From Felis catus (taxonomy: Eukaryota): 64,000 nt of DNA. Below, one piece after another: positions 1 to 14,120 of the stretch (its first letter is position 1; every line of letters starts with the position of its first letter). The position numbers and the translations under genes are program-made. The notes below the pieces were generated by a model. The model was not told the origin of the DNA. It ran no database searches and was given only the letters and a program-made list of their open reading frames with translations. The stretch lies in the NCBI RefSeq assembly GCF_018350175.1, contig NC_058369.1, forward strand, positions 20,584,001-20,648,000. Direction: 5' to 3'.

Positions 1-649
1 TGGACCCTATTTTGGACTGACAGTGACCATATGCTGTTTACTCAGTTGTTGAAACAGAAACTGAGGTCCTTGTCTATCCTGATATATGACAGAGCCAGAA
101 GTCTCAGTTCCCATTCCCAGTACCCTTCCTTTCTTCCCCCCTAGGGATCTGAAAGATAGGTGGGCTGCATCTCACTGAAGACCCTGAGCATCTCTGCACA
201 TGAGAAGAGACTCTGAGACTCTTCTCTGTCAGCCTGGGGTCAGGGGTTAACTGGGGTCTGGGTTACCTCAGACAAGGTATCTTTGACAAGCACCTAGAGA
301 AAATGCCAACATTTGTCTGACTACTAGAAGCAGTGCAATGCAGCCTCAGGTGAAGACAGGAGGCTGGCCTTAGTGATAGGTGCAGCTAGGCATGTTGATG
401 AGCAGCTGAGGGGGACTAACAGAGAATATGAGTTCATGGTACTCCAACTCTGTCTCCACAGCATCCTTACCCAAACTCCTCTCCTTAAGGGCTGTAGCAA
501 AAGGGCTCTCTCTGATATTATCCCATCCCTACTCTTATCTCCACTCTCGGTGATTTTATCATTAGTCAGATTGTCCTATCAATCTCCTTGCTCTAATAAA
601 CCATTTTTGCTCCCCTCCTCAGCCACTCACTCCCATAGTCATACTAAAG

Positions 650-860
650 CAGTGTGATTCAATGGAACTTTCTGTGATGATAGAAATGAACTGGATCTGT
701 TCTATCCAACGTAGTAGCCACAAGCTACATATGGTTGCGAAGTACTTGAAGTGTGCCTGATGCAGCTAAAGAATTGAATCTTTGATTTTATTTTATTTAA
801 ATTAATTTAGGTTTAAATGGGCCATGTGAATAGTGGCTATTCTATTGGACGGTGTGACTG
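650..860. mobile_element. MER3-like non-autonomous hAT-Charlie DNA transposon
   Basis: Characteristic AACTTTCTGTGATGATAGAAATG...GTAGCCACAAGCTACATATGG...GTGGCTATTCTATTGGAC. Confidence 0.8.
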
Positions 861-2034
861 TAGACTTCACCAGTACAAATAATTGTTCTGTTACCCAAAT
901 GGCTTTTTCTAGTGTTGCATTTTCTGATTACTTTATTCTTTCTTTCCAGTTCATCTTTCAAATACCCCCAATAGACTCTTTCTTCACATATGATAAAGTC
1001 TTCCAATCTGTTGACCCTACCTTTTTATTTTTTACAGCCATCACCCCTGACATGTCCTTGCATCTTTCTTTACCCAGTTCAGATTCTGCGGTTATTATTG
1101 TAATCTCTGCTCTGCACAACTTGACTTCTCTTAGCCCTCTCTCTGCAAGCATGTGTGGGGTGAACTCAACCATCTACCTGCTCTGTGCCTGCAGAACAGC
1201 GAGCATGGCTGGAACAAAACAAACAATCCTGAGGCATGATCTATCTCAGTTAATATTCATAACTGTAGATGTCTACTGGACAAATTTCCCAAAAAATTTC
1301 TCTGCTATGCTTGCATTTCCATGTTCTGAGTTGAAAATCCATATCACCTCCTCTCCAAATGTCCAGTTCTACATCTTCTCCCCTTGAACTGGATGATGGT
1401 ATATGTCACCACACACTCAACTGAAGAAATGGGAGCAGACTGGACCCCCATCTTCCTACCACCACATTCTCCCTTTTCCTTCCCTCTAAATACAAACTAA
1501 ATACTGTGAAAATAATTCAGTAGACAATCCTAAAAGGACTCTGAAATGTGGAAAGAAGGTGGATCGGCTAGGAACCTCAAGATTTAAAAATGTACACCAT
1601 GATGAATTCTCTAGGTTTTCTTTTTATCTATCATGTATCTCAGACTGGACACCAGAAATGTCTGCAATTCAGAACCACTAAGGGGTATAGAGGAAATAAA
1701 ACAAAAACAAGAACAGCCTGCTCTCTATAGCCAAAGGAAGGGTAGCCTCACAGAAACTATGCAGGGAGACCCATACCTAGTGGCAATGACAGGCTAACCT
1801 GCCTGCAGTAGTGACACTAGTACCCAGATGGATCAATCCGTCTCATGCTCCAAATCCACTGGTAGCAGCAGGCATGATCTGCCCACAGCAGCAGCAATAA
1901 TGGAACCCAGGCTTATCTACCCTCTCCGTACCCCACATCAGCCAGCAGCAGTGGCCCAAGCTATCCTCAGAAGCAGTAGCAGCAGAACCCACCACATTTC
2001 TTATCTGCTGATGGAAGCAGGCCTGATCTACCTT

Positions 2035-2648
2035 CCTGATGAAAGAGACTGAAGAAGATACAAATAAATGGAAACATTTTCCATGTTCATGGTTAAGAGG
2101 AGTTAATATTGTTAAGATGTCCATACTACCCAAAGTGATCTATGGATTCAGTTCAATCCCTATCATAATTCCTATGGCATTTTTCACAGAAATAGAAAAA
2201 AGAACCCAAAAATTTGTATCGAGCCACAAATGATCCTGAATAGTCAATGTAATCTTTAGAAAAAAAAGAACAAAACTGAGAGGCATCACACTTCCTGGTT
2301 TCAACTAATATTAACAAAGCTATAGCAATAAGAACAATATGGTACTGCCATAAAAACAGACACACAGACCAATGAGACAGAATAGAGGACCCAGTAATAC
2401 ACCCACACGTGTATGTCAATATTTGACAAGGGAGCCAGGAATACACATGGGTAAAGACTAGTCTCTTCAATAAATGATGGGAAAACTGGATGTCCACATG
2501 CAAAAGAATGAAATTGAACCTTTAGTCTTGCACCATGTACAGAATAAACTGAAAATGAATTAAAGACCTAAACATAGACCTGAAACTGTAAACTTCTAGG
2601 AGGAAACATAGGAGAAAAACTGCTTGGCATTTGTCTTGGCAGTGATTG
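2035..2648 (+). mobile_element. LINE-1 ORF2 fragment
   Basis: Translates to [27 protein letters not shown], the L1 ORF2 region downstream of the RT core. Confidence 0.9.
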
Positions 2649-3716
2649 GAAACAGTTGAGAAGAATTGGCTTTAAATGGTTGCTAGAATTCACCCATCAA
2701 GTATGTGAACTTGACTTTACTGGGAGATTTTTTTTTTTTTATTACTGCTTGAATCCACTTGCTATTGATCTGTTCACATTTTGTACTTCATCATGATTCA
2801 GTCTTGGTAGGTTGTATATTTCTAGGAACTCATCCATGTCTTCTAGGTTATTCAATTAGTTTGTGTATAGCTGTTCATAATAATATGATCCTCTGTATTT
2901 CTGTGGTATCAGGTGTAATATATACTCTTTCAATTATAATTTTATTTATTTGAATCCTCTCTCTTTTTTTTTTCTTGGTTAGTCTAGCTAAAGGTGTGTC
3001 AAAATTGTTTATCTTTTTAAAAAACAGCCCTTAGGTTAATTGAATTTTTCTATTATACTATTTCTGCTCTAATGTTTATTATTTTTCCTCACTTTGGGCT
3101 TAGTTTGTTCTTCTTTTTCTAGTTCCATAANNNNNNNNNNNNNNNNNNNNNNNNNNNNNNNNNNNNNNNNNNNNNNNNNNNNNNNNNNNNNNNNNNNNNN
3201 NNNNNNNNNNNNNNNNNNNNNNNNNNNNNNNNNNNNNNNNNNNNNNNNNNNNNNNNNNNNNTTTGTCTCAAGGTACTTTCACTTCCATTTTTATTTCTTT
3301 TTTGACTCATTGATTGTTCAGAAGTGTATTGTTTAATTTCCAATTCCAAATTGTGCATTTTTCAATTTCCTCTTATTACTGATTTCTAATTTCATACCAT
3401 TGTGGTCAGAGGAGATACTTGGTACCATGTCAATCTTCTGAAATTTTCCAAGACTTTTTTTGAGACCCAATATATGATCTCTCCTGAGGAATGTCCCATG
3501 TGTGCTTGAGAAGAATGGTATTCTGGTGCCATTGGGTGGAATGCTGTAGATATGTCTGTTTAGTCCATTTAGTCTATAGTGTTATTCAATCCTATTATTT
3601 CCTCATTGTTTTTCTGTCTAGATAATCTACCCATTGTTGAAAGTGAGGTTTGAAGTCCACTACTATTATTGTATTGCTGTCTGTTTTTCCCCTCACTTCT
3701 GTTAAGATTTGCTCTA

Positions 3717-3916
3717 GGGGCACCTGGGTAGCTCAGTTGGTTAAGCGTCTGACTTTGGTTCAGGTCATGATCTTGTGGTTGGTGGGTTTGAATCCTTCAT
3801 TGGGCTCTGTGCTGACAGCTCAGGCTGGAACCTGCTTCAGATTCTGTGTTTCCCTCTCTCTGCTCCTCCCCAACTCACACTCTGCTTTTCTTTCCCAAAA
3901 ATAAATAAACATTAAA
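3717..3916 (+). mobile_element. CanSINE (SINEC)
   Basis: tRNA-derived head GGGGCACCTGGGTAGCTCAG, CT tract and AATAAA tail. Confidence 0.9.
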
Positions 3917-4069
3917 GGATTATGTAAAAAAATTTTGCTCTAAATATTTAGGTGCTCTGGTACATATCTATTTATAATTGTTATATCCTCTTGATGAATT
4001 GACTTCTTTATCATTATATAGTGACTTTTTAATCTTGTGATTGATTTTGAATAAAAGTCTGTTTCCTCT

Positions 4070-4285
4070 GGGGCGCCTGGGTGGCTCAGTCAGTTAAGCG
4101 GCTGACTTCAGCTCAGGTCATGATCTCGTGGTCCGTGAGTTCGAGCCCCACGTCGGGCTCTGTGCTGACAGCTCAGAGCCTGGATCCTGTTTTGGATTCT
4201 GTGTCTCCCTCTCTCTGACCCTCCCCCATTCATGCTCTGTCTCTCTCTGTCTCAAAAATAAATAAACGTTAAAAAAAATTTTTTT
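4070..4285 (+). mobile_element. Feline CanSINE (SINEC_Fc-type) with TSD AAGTCTRTTTCCTCTG
   Basis: Full head, body and tail with a flanking direct repeat. Confidence 0.92.
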
Positions 4286-4499
4286 TAAGTCTATTTCCTC
4301 TGATAAAAGGATAGCCAGCCCTGCTCGCTTTCTTTGGGTTATGATTTGCATGGAATATGTTTTTACATCTCTTCACTTTCAGCCTATGTATGTTCTTAAA
4401 ACTTAAGTGAGTCTCCTGTAGGCAGCATGTTGTTTATCTTGCTTTTTAAAAATCTTTTCTATGTGCCTTTTGAATGGAGAATTGAATTCATTTATGTAT

Positions 4500-4794
4500 T
4501 TTAAATTTTTTAAATGTTTATCGTTGAGAGAGAGACAGAATGTGAGTGGGGGAGGGCAGAGGGAGAGGGAGACACAGAATCCGAAGCAGGCTCCAGGCTC
4601 TGAGCTGTCAGCACAGAGCCCAAAGCTGGGCTTGAACCCACAAACCTTGAGATCATGACTTGAGCCAAAATTAAAAGTGGGTGGCTCAGTCGGTTAGCGT
4701 CTGAATCTTGATTTCGGCTCAGGTCATGATTTCACAGTTTTGTGAGTTCAAGCCCATGTCAGGCTCTCCACTGACCCTTCAGAGCCTTCTTGGG

Positions 4795-4836
<42 letters not shown>

Positions 4837-4975
4837 CTTCCCCTGATCCCATTCTGTCTCTCTCAAAATAAATAAACTTTTAAAAAGTAATTTTAAAAAA
4901 AGAGTTGGACACTTAACTGACCTGAGCCAAAATGAAGAGTAGAACATTTAACCAACTGAGCCACCCAGATGCCCC
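4500..4975 (-). mobile_element. CanSINE interrupted by an opposite-strand CanSINE (4679-4900)
   Basis: The host resumes after the inserted element's A tail. Confidence 0.85.
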
Positions 4976-5539
4976 TCTACTAGAAGATTTGTGTGTGTGT
5001 GTGTGTGCGGTTACCATGAGGCTTACATAAAACATCTTGCAGTTATAGCAATCGATCTTAAGATATTGACAACTTACCTTCAATTGCACACAAAGACTCT
5101 ATACTTTAACTTTTCTTTCCATAATTTATATCACACTTTATATCTTTTTATATTGTGCATCTATTAACAAATTATTGTACCTATATTTTTATTACTATTG
5201 TCTTTTTTCACAGTTCCTTGTTTTTTTTTAAAAATTGAATGTAGTTGACCCACAATGTTACATTATTTTCAGGTGTACAGCATAGTGATTCAACAACACT
5301 TACATTATTCTGTTCTCACAACAAATGTAGCTACCATCTGTCACCATTCAACACTATTACAGCACCACTGACTATAGTCCCTGTTTTGTACCTTTTGTTC
5401 CCATGATTTAATCATTCCATAACTGGAAGCCCATGCCTCCCACTCCCCTCTATCCATTTTGCCCATTCCTCTACCCTCACCCCCTTCTGGCAACCATCTT
5501 TTAACTTTTACACTAGACTTAAAAGTGATTTATGCACCA

Positions 5540-5710
5540 GGGCGCTTGGGTGGCTTAGTCAGCTGAGTGTCCAACTCTTGATTTCATCTCAGGTCATGAT
5601 CCCAAGGTTGTGGGATTGAACTCCATATTAGGCTCCACACTGAGAGTGGAGCTTGCTTAAGGTTCTCTCTCTCTCTCCCCTGCTCACACTCTCTCTCTTA
5701 AAAAAAAAAA
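5540..5710 (+). mobile_element. CanSINE
   Basis: Head, CT tract and poly(A). Confidence 0.85.
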
Positions 5711-7783
5711 AGTTATTTGTGAACCACAATTACAGTATTAGAGTGCTCTGAATTTGACTGTATATTTTAACTTTACCAACAAGTTTTATACTTTCATATG
5801 TTTTCATGTTATTTCTTAGCATTCTTTCATTTCAACTTGAAGACTCCCTTTAGCATTTCTTGTAAGGTAGGTCTAGTGATGATGAAGTCCTTCTGCTTTT
5901 CTTCGTCTGGTCTTTATCCCTCCTTCAATCTGAAGGACAACAATGCTGGGTGTAGTATTCTTGGTTGGAAGTTTTTTCTTTCAGCACTACAGCTATATCA
6001 TCCTACTTCTTCCTGACCTTCAAGGTTTCTGCTGAGATTTCCACTGATAGCCTTTGTGTGTGTGTATGGTTTTTTTTGGGGGGGAGGGTTCCTCTTCTAT
6101 GTGACAAGTTGCTTTTATTTTGCTGTTTTTAAATTTTTCTCTTTGTCTTTGACTTTAACAATTTGATTATAATGTATCTCAGAGTAGTCTTCTTTGGGTT
6201 GATCTTGCTTGGGGTCCCTTGAGCTTCAGGTACCTGGATGTCCATATCTCTCCCAAAATATAGGAAGTTTTCAGCTATTATTTCCTTAAATACCTTCCTG
6301 CCCTTTCCCCTCTCTTCTTCTTCTGGGACTTCTATAATGTGTATATTTGTTCAGTTAGTGGAATTCCATTATTCATGTAGGCATTCTTCATTCTTTTTCA
6401 TTCCTTTTTTCTTTTTGTTCCTCTAACTGGCTAACATCAGATGACCTGTATTTGAGTTCCTTGATTCTTTCTTCTGAGTGATCAAGTCTTATTTAAGTTT
6501 TCTATAGGTTTTCAGTCTTTCATTGTATTTTATAGCTGTAGAATTTGTTTCTTTTTTATGTTTTCTATTTTTTATATTTCTTATTTTCTTCATTTTTTTC
6601 TTCTTTTTGCTTAATTATTTGTGTTCTCTTGCATTTCATTCAGTTTCTTTAAGGTGATTACTTTGAATTGTCAGGCAATTCACAGATCTCCATTTCTTTG
6701 GACTCACTTACTGGAACATTATTAGTTTTCCTTTGTTGGTGTCATGTTTGCCTGATTCTTCATGGTCTCTATTACTAGGTATATGGATGAATGTGGCTCC
6801 CACCAGGTCCCTAAGAAAGATCCTGCCAGGACACTGGGTAGGCCCTGGGAAGGCATAACTGGGCCCAGATCATGGCTTAGAGGGGCTAGAACTGAGTCCC
6901 AAGGCTACTTCAGTGTTCATAGCCAGGACTGAGGTCTGCAGGCCTGGCTCTGGAGGCACAGGTGGATGTGTTTTTCTAATTGGTCACTAAGTGGGCAGGA
7001 CTGCTTATGGATTGTAACTGGGATGGGCTAGAGCCAAGTCACAGAGCTGTTTCATGAATCTGCTGTCATACCAAAGTTGGCTGTCCTGCTTCCAGAGACA
7101 CTGATGGGCATTTCTCCCAGTGGATCCCCAGGCTTCTGGGACTTTGTGGACTGAAGCTGGGAATAACTGGAGCCAAATTACAGTGCAATTTCAGGATGTC
7201 CAGGGGTGCAGAGGAGCATGTTTTCCCCCTGGACCCCTGGGCTGTCAGGATTGCTTTAGACTGCAGTTGGGAGGACCTTGAGGTGAGTCACAGGGCCATT
7301 TCAGGATCTGCATCAGACCAAGTTTGACAGGCTTGCCTCCAGGGGCTCCCAGGATGAGGTTGAGAGGGGCTAGAACTGGTTTACAAGCCATTTCAGGGTC
7401 CACAGCTGGGACCAAGGTCTGTGACAATTGCCTGAGACATAGATACACATGACTCCTCCCAAGTTCCTTGATATATGGTGTTGGTTGTAAGCTCAAGGCC
7501 AAACAGGGGACATAGAGGTATTTCCATGTTTGTAGACAAGACCATGGGTAGTGAGTCAGCCACCTGGGCATGAGCCTACATTGTCAAAATGGCCTTCTTA
7601 GGTCTTGACTCCACTGGGGTTTCACAATCTCTTACCTGGATTCAAGATCTCTCACAGAGTACTTTTGTCCATGGGTGGCTGCCAAATTATTGCTGCTGAG
7701 GGGGAATATGAGCAGGGAGCCTCCTTTTTCATCATCTTGCTGATATTCTCTGCTAAAATATATACCTTTTATATTCCCAAAGA

Positions 7784-8214
7784 GGGGCACCTAGGTGGTT
7801 CAGTCAGTTAAGTGTCAAACTGTTGATCTCAGCTCAGATCTTGATCTCAGGATCATGAGTTCAAGTCCCGCATTGGGCTCCATGTTGGGCTCTGTGCTGG
7901 GCATGAAACTTACTTAAAAAACAAAAACAAAAACAAACTCCCAAAACAAAACAGTAAAAAAGAAACAATCCAGATGGAAAATAAGCAAAAGACATTAACA
8001 AACATTTCACTGGAGAGTACGTAGATGGCAAATAAACACTTGAAAGTATTAAGCATTCAACTTAATTAACCATTTGGTAAATGGAAATTAAAGCCATAGT
8101 GAAGGGGAGCCTGGCTCAGTCAGTGGAGTGTGTAACTCTTAATCTTGGGGTTATGAGTTCAAGCCCCACTTTGGGTGTAGAGATTACTTAAATAAATAAA
8201 ACTTAAAAAAAAAA
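7784..8214 (+). mobile_element. Two older short CanSINEs (7784-7940, 8104-8214) around an L1 fragment
   Basis: tRNA-like heads and A tails, with no CT tract. Confidence 0.75.
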
Positions 8215-8821
8215 CAGTGGAATGTCACTACTTATCTATCATAATGGCTAAAACAAAAAATACTGACAAAACCAAATGCTGGTGAAAATATGGAGAAGCT
8301 GCATCTCTCAAAAATTGTTGGTAGGAATGTTAAATGGCACAGCAACTCTGGAAAACAATTTTGAATTTTCCTAAATAACTAAATATGCAATTCTCATACA
8401 ATTCTGAAATTGTACTCTTGGGTATTATTCCCGGGGGGTGGGGGGGGGACGGAAATTTATGTTTACATTAAAGCCTTTATATGAAGTCAAAGCTAGAGAA
8501 AACATGGCAGAAAGGATGGACAAAGAATCCATCTCCCTCATCTAGACAACAACTGCACTGGAAGACTCTGTCTGATGTAGCTGTTTTGGAGCTCTGGACT
8601 CTATTTGAAGGCTTATAACTTCCAGAAAACTAGATGGTAAACTGTCATTAATTTTGGTCAATTTCAGCCCTTTGTACAGTACTGGCTACCCATCCCTGAC
8701 CCTATCCCTAATCCCCAGCACTGTGGTGGGCAACCATGTATGAGTTCCATAAAAATTTTTATTCTGTTTCCAAAAACCAAGGTGAGTAATAAAGATTTTG
8801 TCCTCTAAATATCAAGGATTT

Positions 8822-8972
8822 TCAGGCTCTGGGCTGATGGCTCGGAACCTGGAGCCTGTTTCTGATTCTGTGTCTCCCTCTCTCTCTGCCCCTCCCCCGT
8901 TCATGCTCTGTCTCTCTCTGTCCCAAAAATAAATAAAAATGTTGAAAAAAAATGAAAAAAAAATTTTAAATT
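8822..8972 (+). mobile_element. 5'-truncated young feline SINE
   Basis: Perfect 16-bp TSD TAAATATCAAGGATTT at 8806-8821 and 8973-8988. Confidence 0.92.
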
Positions 8973-9644
8973 TAAATATCAAGGATTTGTGCTCTGACTG
9001 CTTATTGCTTCTTGTGATCACAGAGGTACAGAGGCAGGCAGCCATTGTTGCAATTCCTAATCCCCACCAATTGTTTCAATACCCTTTTCTTCCAGCTAAA
9101 ACAATTTCCAGAGGATTTAAAGATATGGAACCTTTTTTTTTTAATTTTTACTCTTTACTTTTCTCTTTTTCCCTTATTGAGTACCGGACATTTAAGGACT
9201 AGAACACATATACCGGGTAATATAAAAAGTCATTATGTTTGCCCAGGAAAGGTGTGGGCTCAGAATTTAAGAGGTCTTAAATTTACACCTTAGATTAACT
9301 CCAAACACAGAGACACCTTACAACAAACCACCACCACCAACAACAAAACTAGCAAAATGAGGGAAAGTGTGAAAATCTGACCTGTAGAATCAGCACATTA
9401 TAAGATTCAAATTTCCAGTTTTCAACAACAAAAAGTTCCAAGGTATACTAAGAAATGAGAAACTATGTCCTATTCAAAAGAAAAACATTAAATCAACAGA
9501 AACTCCCTGAGATAAACAACATGGCAGACGTACTAGAAATCGACTTTAAAACTGCTGTCTAAAAGGTGCTCAGAGAGCTAAAAGAAGACATGGAGAAAGT
9601 CAAGATGATGTAAGAACAAAATGGAAATATTAAGAGATAAAAAA

Positions 9645-9762
9645 CTTTTTTAAGTAGGCTCCATGAAGCCCAATGTGGGGCTTGAACTCACGACCCTGAG
9701 ATCAAGAACTGAGCTGAGATCAAGAGTCAGATGCTTAACCAGCTGAGCCACCCAGGTGCCCC
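9645..9762 (-). mobile_element. Short CanSINE
   Basis: Ends CTGAGCCACCCAGGTGCCCC; flanked by AAGAGATA(G)AAAA. Confidence 0.85.
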
Positions 9763-11592
9763 AAGAGATAGAAAATCCTTTTAAAAAGTAATTCTTGGAT
9801 TGAAAATTACAANNNNNNNNNNNNNNNNNNNNNNNNNNNNNNNNNNNNNNNNNNNNNNNNNNNNNNNNNNNNNNNNNNNNNNNNNNNNNNNNNNNNNNNN
9901 NNNNNNNNNNNNNNNNNNNNNNNNNNNNNNNNNNNNNNNNCTAATATAGCTTAAAGACCTGTGGAAGACCACCAACCTCTCCAGCACATGCATTGTGGAA
10001 GTCCTAGAAGGAAGAGAAAAAAAAGTGCAGAGAGATTATTGAAGAATGGCTTAAAACTTGGCAAATTTGATGAAATACATGAATATAAACACCTTAAAAG
10101 CTCAGTGAACTCAAGGCAGGATAAATTCAAAGAGATCTATGCAAAGGAACACTATAATCAAACTTCCAAAAGACAAAGACAAAGAGAGAATCTTGAAAGC
10201 ATCAACGGAGAAGCAACCCATTATATATAAGTGATTGCCTATAACGTCATCAGCAGATCTCACTGGAAACGTTGAGGCAGAAGGAAAAAACTGTCAAAAA
10301 AGAACCCCTACTGGGTTCTCAGCCACCTGGATGCCTCAGTCAGTTAAGCCTCTGACTTCAGCTCAAGTCAGGTCATGATCTCTCCGTTCGCGAATTCGAG
10401 CCCCGGTTCAGGCTCTGTGCTGAGCCTGGAGCCTGCTTCAGGTTTTGTGTCTCTCTCCCTCCACCCCTCCCCTGCTTGCTGCTAGCTTTAGATGCACTGA
10501 AAGGGGAGGGGCGGGAAGAAAGGGAGACAGAATCTGAAGCAGGCTCCAGTCTCTGAGCTATCAATACAGCTAGTTTTTTAAAAAATAGGATCAAATCTTT
10601 GAAAATTATATATCTGATCAGGTATTAATATCCAGAATATAGAAAGAACACCTACAACTCAACAACAACAAAAAACCTGATTCAAAAATGGACNNNNNNN
10701 NNNNNNNNNNNNNNNNNNNNNNNNNNNNNNNNNNNNNNNNNNNNNNNNNNNNNNNNNNNNNNNNNNNNNNNNNNNNNNNNNNNNNNNNNNNNNNNNNNNN
10801 NNNNNNNNNNNNNNNNNNNNNNNNNNNNNAGCTACTATCAAAAAGAGAGAGAAAGAGAGTCAGATTAGCAAGCATTGGCAAGGATGTGGAGAAATTGGAA
10901 CCCTTGTGCACTGTTGATGGGAATATAAAATGGTACAGATGCTACCGAAAACAGCACAGCAGTTCCTCAAAATTAAAAATAGAATTACTATTTTTATAAT
11001 GAATTTTATAATAGAATTACTATTTTATAATGATGCAGCCATCCCACTTTTGAGTATATACACAAAAGAATCAAAAGCAGAATCTCAAAGAGATCTTTGT
11101 ACACCCATGTTCACAGCAGTATTATTCACAATAATCAAAAGGTGGAAGCAACCAANNNNNNNNNNNNNNNNNNNNNNNNNNNNNNNNNNNNNNNNNNNNN
11201 NNNNNNNNNNNNNNNNNNNNNNNNNNNNNNNNNNNNNNNNNNNNNNNNNNNNNNNNNNNNNNNNNNNNNNNNNNNNNNNNNNNNNNNNNNNNNNNNNTTC
11301 TACTACTACTGCTACCACTAATGTCTGATTCCATTCAAATGAGATTTTTACAGTGACCAAATTGATGGAGACAGAATAGAATGGTGGTTGCCTGGGGCTG
11401 AGGGCAAGGGAGAATGAAGAATAATTGTTTAATAGTACAGAGTTTTAATTTTGCAAGATGAATAAAGTTCTGGACATGGCTGCTGGTGATAATTGCACAA
11501 CAATGTGAAATACTTAATGCCACTGAGCTGTTTATTTAAACATTGTTAAAATGGTCAATTCTATGTTATGTATATTTTACCACAGTTTTTTA

Positions 11593-11805
11593 TTTTTTTA
11601 TTTTTTTTTAAATATTTTTATTTATTTTTGAGACAGAGCATGAGCAGGGGAGGGGCAGAGAGAGAGGGAGACACAGAATCTGAGGCAGGCTCCAGGCTCT
11701 AAGCTGTCAGCACAGAGCCCGATGCGGGGCCTGAACTCACAGACCGTGAGATCATGACCTGAGCTGAAGTCGGACGCTCAACCGACTGAGCCACCCAGGC
11801 GCCCC
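11593..11805 (-). mobile_element. Feline SINE with TSD ACCACAGTTTTTTA
   Basis: Full-length element with a flanking direct repeat. Confidence 0.92.
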
Positions 11806-12166
11806 AACCACAGTTTTTTAAATGGCATTTTTTAAACATTTGGGTGGGGGGAAGCAAAAGATGGCACAGTCCTCCATGTTACACAACTACAGAGGGTGCC
11901 ACTTACATGAACCACACTGTGAAAGAGTCTCTCCTGCGTTGGCCAACTTGGAGGCCCTGAAGCCCCCAAGTCTCCTACCCATGGCAGACATTGCTAATCA
12001 ATCTGTTCATAGGTCCTGTTCATCCAGCATTGGGCTCTCAGAATCTTTCTCCATGCTAGGAGAACTGGCACTTCCTCGGGACTGATTTATGAGATGCTAT
12101 CATTAACTCAATGACCTCTTTGAAATCTGGCAAAGAGAGCAGAGGACACAGATATAGCAGACCTGA

Positions 12167-14005
<1,839 letters not shown>

Positions 14006-14093
14006 GGTTAGGGGCAAGGTGGTCCCATCACTCTCAGGTCCATACTCCTCCAGCCACACACTGGCAGGAAAAGTGGAGGAGGGGTGAGAGATA

Positions 14094-14120
14094 TGATGTC
14101 ATAAAGGCACCTATGACTCA
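14094..14120 (-). promoter_or_regulatory. IQCF5 proximal promoter: CRE-like TGATGTCA plus AP-1 TGACTCA
   Basis: The same motif pair with identical 20-bp spacing lies upstream of IQCF1. Confidence 0.6.

Larger units (their letters stand above)
2650..7750 (-). mobile_element. 5' half of an old LINE-1 (5'UTR monomers, ORF1, ORF2 N-terminus) with nested SINEs and an L1 3' fragment (5225-5498)
   Basis: T-rich antisense L1 with endonuclease remnants (RKRAGLAILLS), ORF1 remnants (LYPARI-like at ~5950) and a degenerate tandem array at 6780-7600. Confidence 0.8.
8480..11590 (+). mobile_element. Old LINE-1 (L1MB-like): 5'UTR/ORF1 joined to the ORF2 end and 3'UTR by a large internal deletion
   Basis: ORF1 remnants at 9500-10300; ORF2 C-terminal remnants (DAAIPLLSIY, CTPMFTAVLFTI) and an L1MB-type 3' end at 11330-11590. 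Confidence 0.8.

Noticed and set aside
833-1387. 184-aa hydrophobic ORF
   Set aside because: GTG start inside MER3 and T-rich degraded repeat-like sequence. No recognisable family.
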